A DNA stretch of 10,687 nucleotides from a virus (lineage: Duplodnaviria > Heunggongvirae > Uroviricota > Caudoviricetes). This document shows, in pieces, positions 7,124-10,687 of the stretch. The stretch lies in the IMG/VR virus record IMGVR_UViG_2778261544_000001; one strand, 5' to 3'. The first letter of the stretch is position 1; each line of letters starts with the position of its first letter. The translations under genes were made by a program, and so were the position numbers. The notes beneath the pieces are model-generated. The model did no database searches. It was given only the letters and a program-made list of their open reading frames with translations, and was not told the DNA's origin.

Positions 7124-7692
7124 AAACGGGGGCTGAAGCCATCCGCGCACTGGCCACACAGCTCCCTGCGTTTCGTCAGAAACTGAGCGACGGCTGGTAT
7201 CAGGTACGGATTGCCGGGCGGGACGTCAGCACGTCCGGATTAACGGCGCAGTTACATGAGACTCTGCCTGATGGCGCTGTGATTCATATTGTTCCCAGAG
7301 TCGCCGGGGCCAAGTCAGGTGGTGTATTCCAGATTGTCCTGGGAGCAGCCGCCATTGCCGGATCATTCTTTACCGCCGGAGCCACCCTTGCAGCATGGGG
7401 GGCAGCCATTGGGGCCGGTGGTATGACCGGCATCCTGTTTTCTCTCGGTGCCAGTATGGTGCTCGGTGGTGTGGCGCAGATGCTGGCACCGAAAGCCAGA
7501 ACTCCCCGTACACAGACAACGGATAACGGTAAGCAGAACACGTATTTCTCCTCACTGGATAACATGGTTGCCCAGGGCAATGTTCTGCCTGTTCTGTACG
7601 GTGAAATGCGCGTGGGGTCACGCGTGGTTTCTCAGGAGATCAGCACGGCAGACGAAGGGGACGGTGGTCAGGTTGTGGTGATTGGTCGCTGA
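7021..7692 (+). CDS. I: Tail tip assembly protein I (N-terminal ubiquitin-like domain ending in Gly-Gly, followed by a Gly/Ala-rich hydrophobic segment)
   Basis: 223-aa ORF (MAATHTLPLASPGMARICLYGDLQRFGRRIDLRVKTGAEAIRALATQLPAFRQKLSDGWYQVRIAGRDV...) matching lambda gpI. GAGAGG lies upstream at 7005-7010. The start is inside the 3' end of K in another frame. TGA at 7690-7692. Confidence 0.9.
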   Translation: MAATHTLPLASPGMARICLYGDLQRFGRRIDLRVKTGAEAIRALATQLPAFRQKLSDGWYQVRIAGRDVSTSGLTAQLHETLPDGAVIHIVPRVAGAKSGGVFQIVLGAAAIAGSFFTAGATLAAWGAAIGAGGMTGILFSLGASMVLGGVAQMLAPKARTPRTQTTDNGKQNTYFSSLDNMVAQGNVLPVLYGEMRVGSRVVSQEISTADEGDGGQVVVIGR

Positions 7693-7710
7693 TGCAAAAT
7701 GTTTTATGTG

Positions 7711-7740
7711 AAACCGCCTGCGGGCGGTTTTGTCATTTAT
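7711..7740 (+). terminator. Stem-loop in the I-J intergenic gap: 8-bp perfect stem (AAACCGCC / GGCGGTTT), 4-nt loop (TGCG), then a T-rich tail TGTCATTT. Candidate partial intrinsic terminator or RNA-stability element.
   Basis: Read directly: 7711-7718 AAACCGCC, loop 7719-7722, 7723-7730 GGCGGTTT (exact reverse complement), followed by TGTCATTTAT. This is the only sizable non-coding gap in the window (7693-7752). Confidence 0.35.
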
Positions 7741-7749
7741 GGAGCGTGA

Positions 7750-10687
<2,938 letters not shown>

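Overview
The whole window is a single co-directional (+ strand) block of a lambdoid siphovirus tail-morphogenesis operon, in canonical phage lambda order: FII (3' end only), Z, U, V, G and G-T (programmed -1 frameshift), H (tape measure), M, L, K, I, and J (first ~2.9 kb, cut by the window end). The translated ORFs match the lambda tail proteins as I remember them, both in sequence and in length (Z 192, U 131, V 246, G 140, M 109, L 232, I 223 aa), with H slightly longer (859 aa). Genes are tightly packed with ATGA/TGATG stop-start overlaps, and the only real intergenic gap (I-J, 60 nt) holds a hairpin. I see no rRNA, tRNA, CRISPR, IS element, integrase or att site. All minus-strand ORFs in the track are antisense shadows of the + strand genes. 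Honest assessment: this is a well-characterised system, not a novel one. The points worth a second look are the G/G-T slippery site, the K start-codon ambiguity, the K (JAMM plus NlpC/P60 peptidase) and I (ubiquitin-like domain ending in Gly-Gly) pairing, the I-J hairpin, the Cys cluster in L, and a possibly mosaic central segment of H. All homology statements are from reading the translations against memory; no database search was run.
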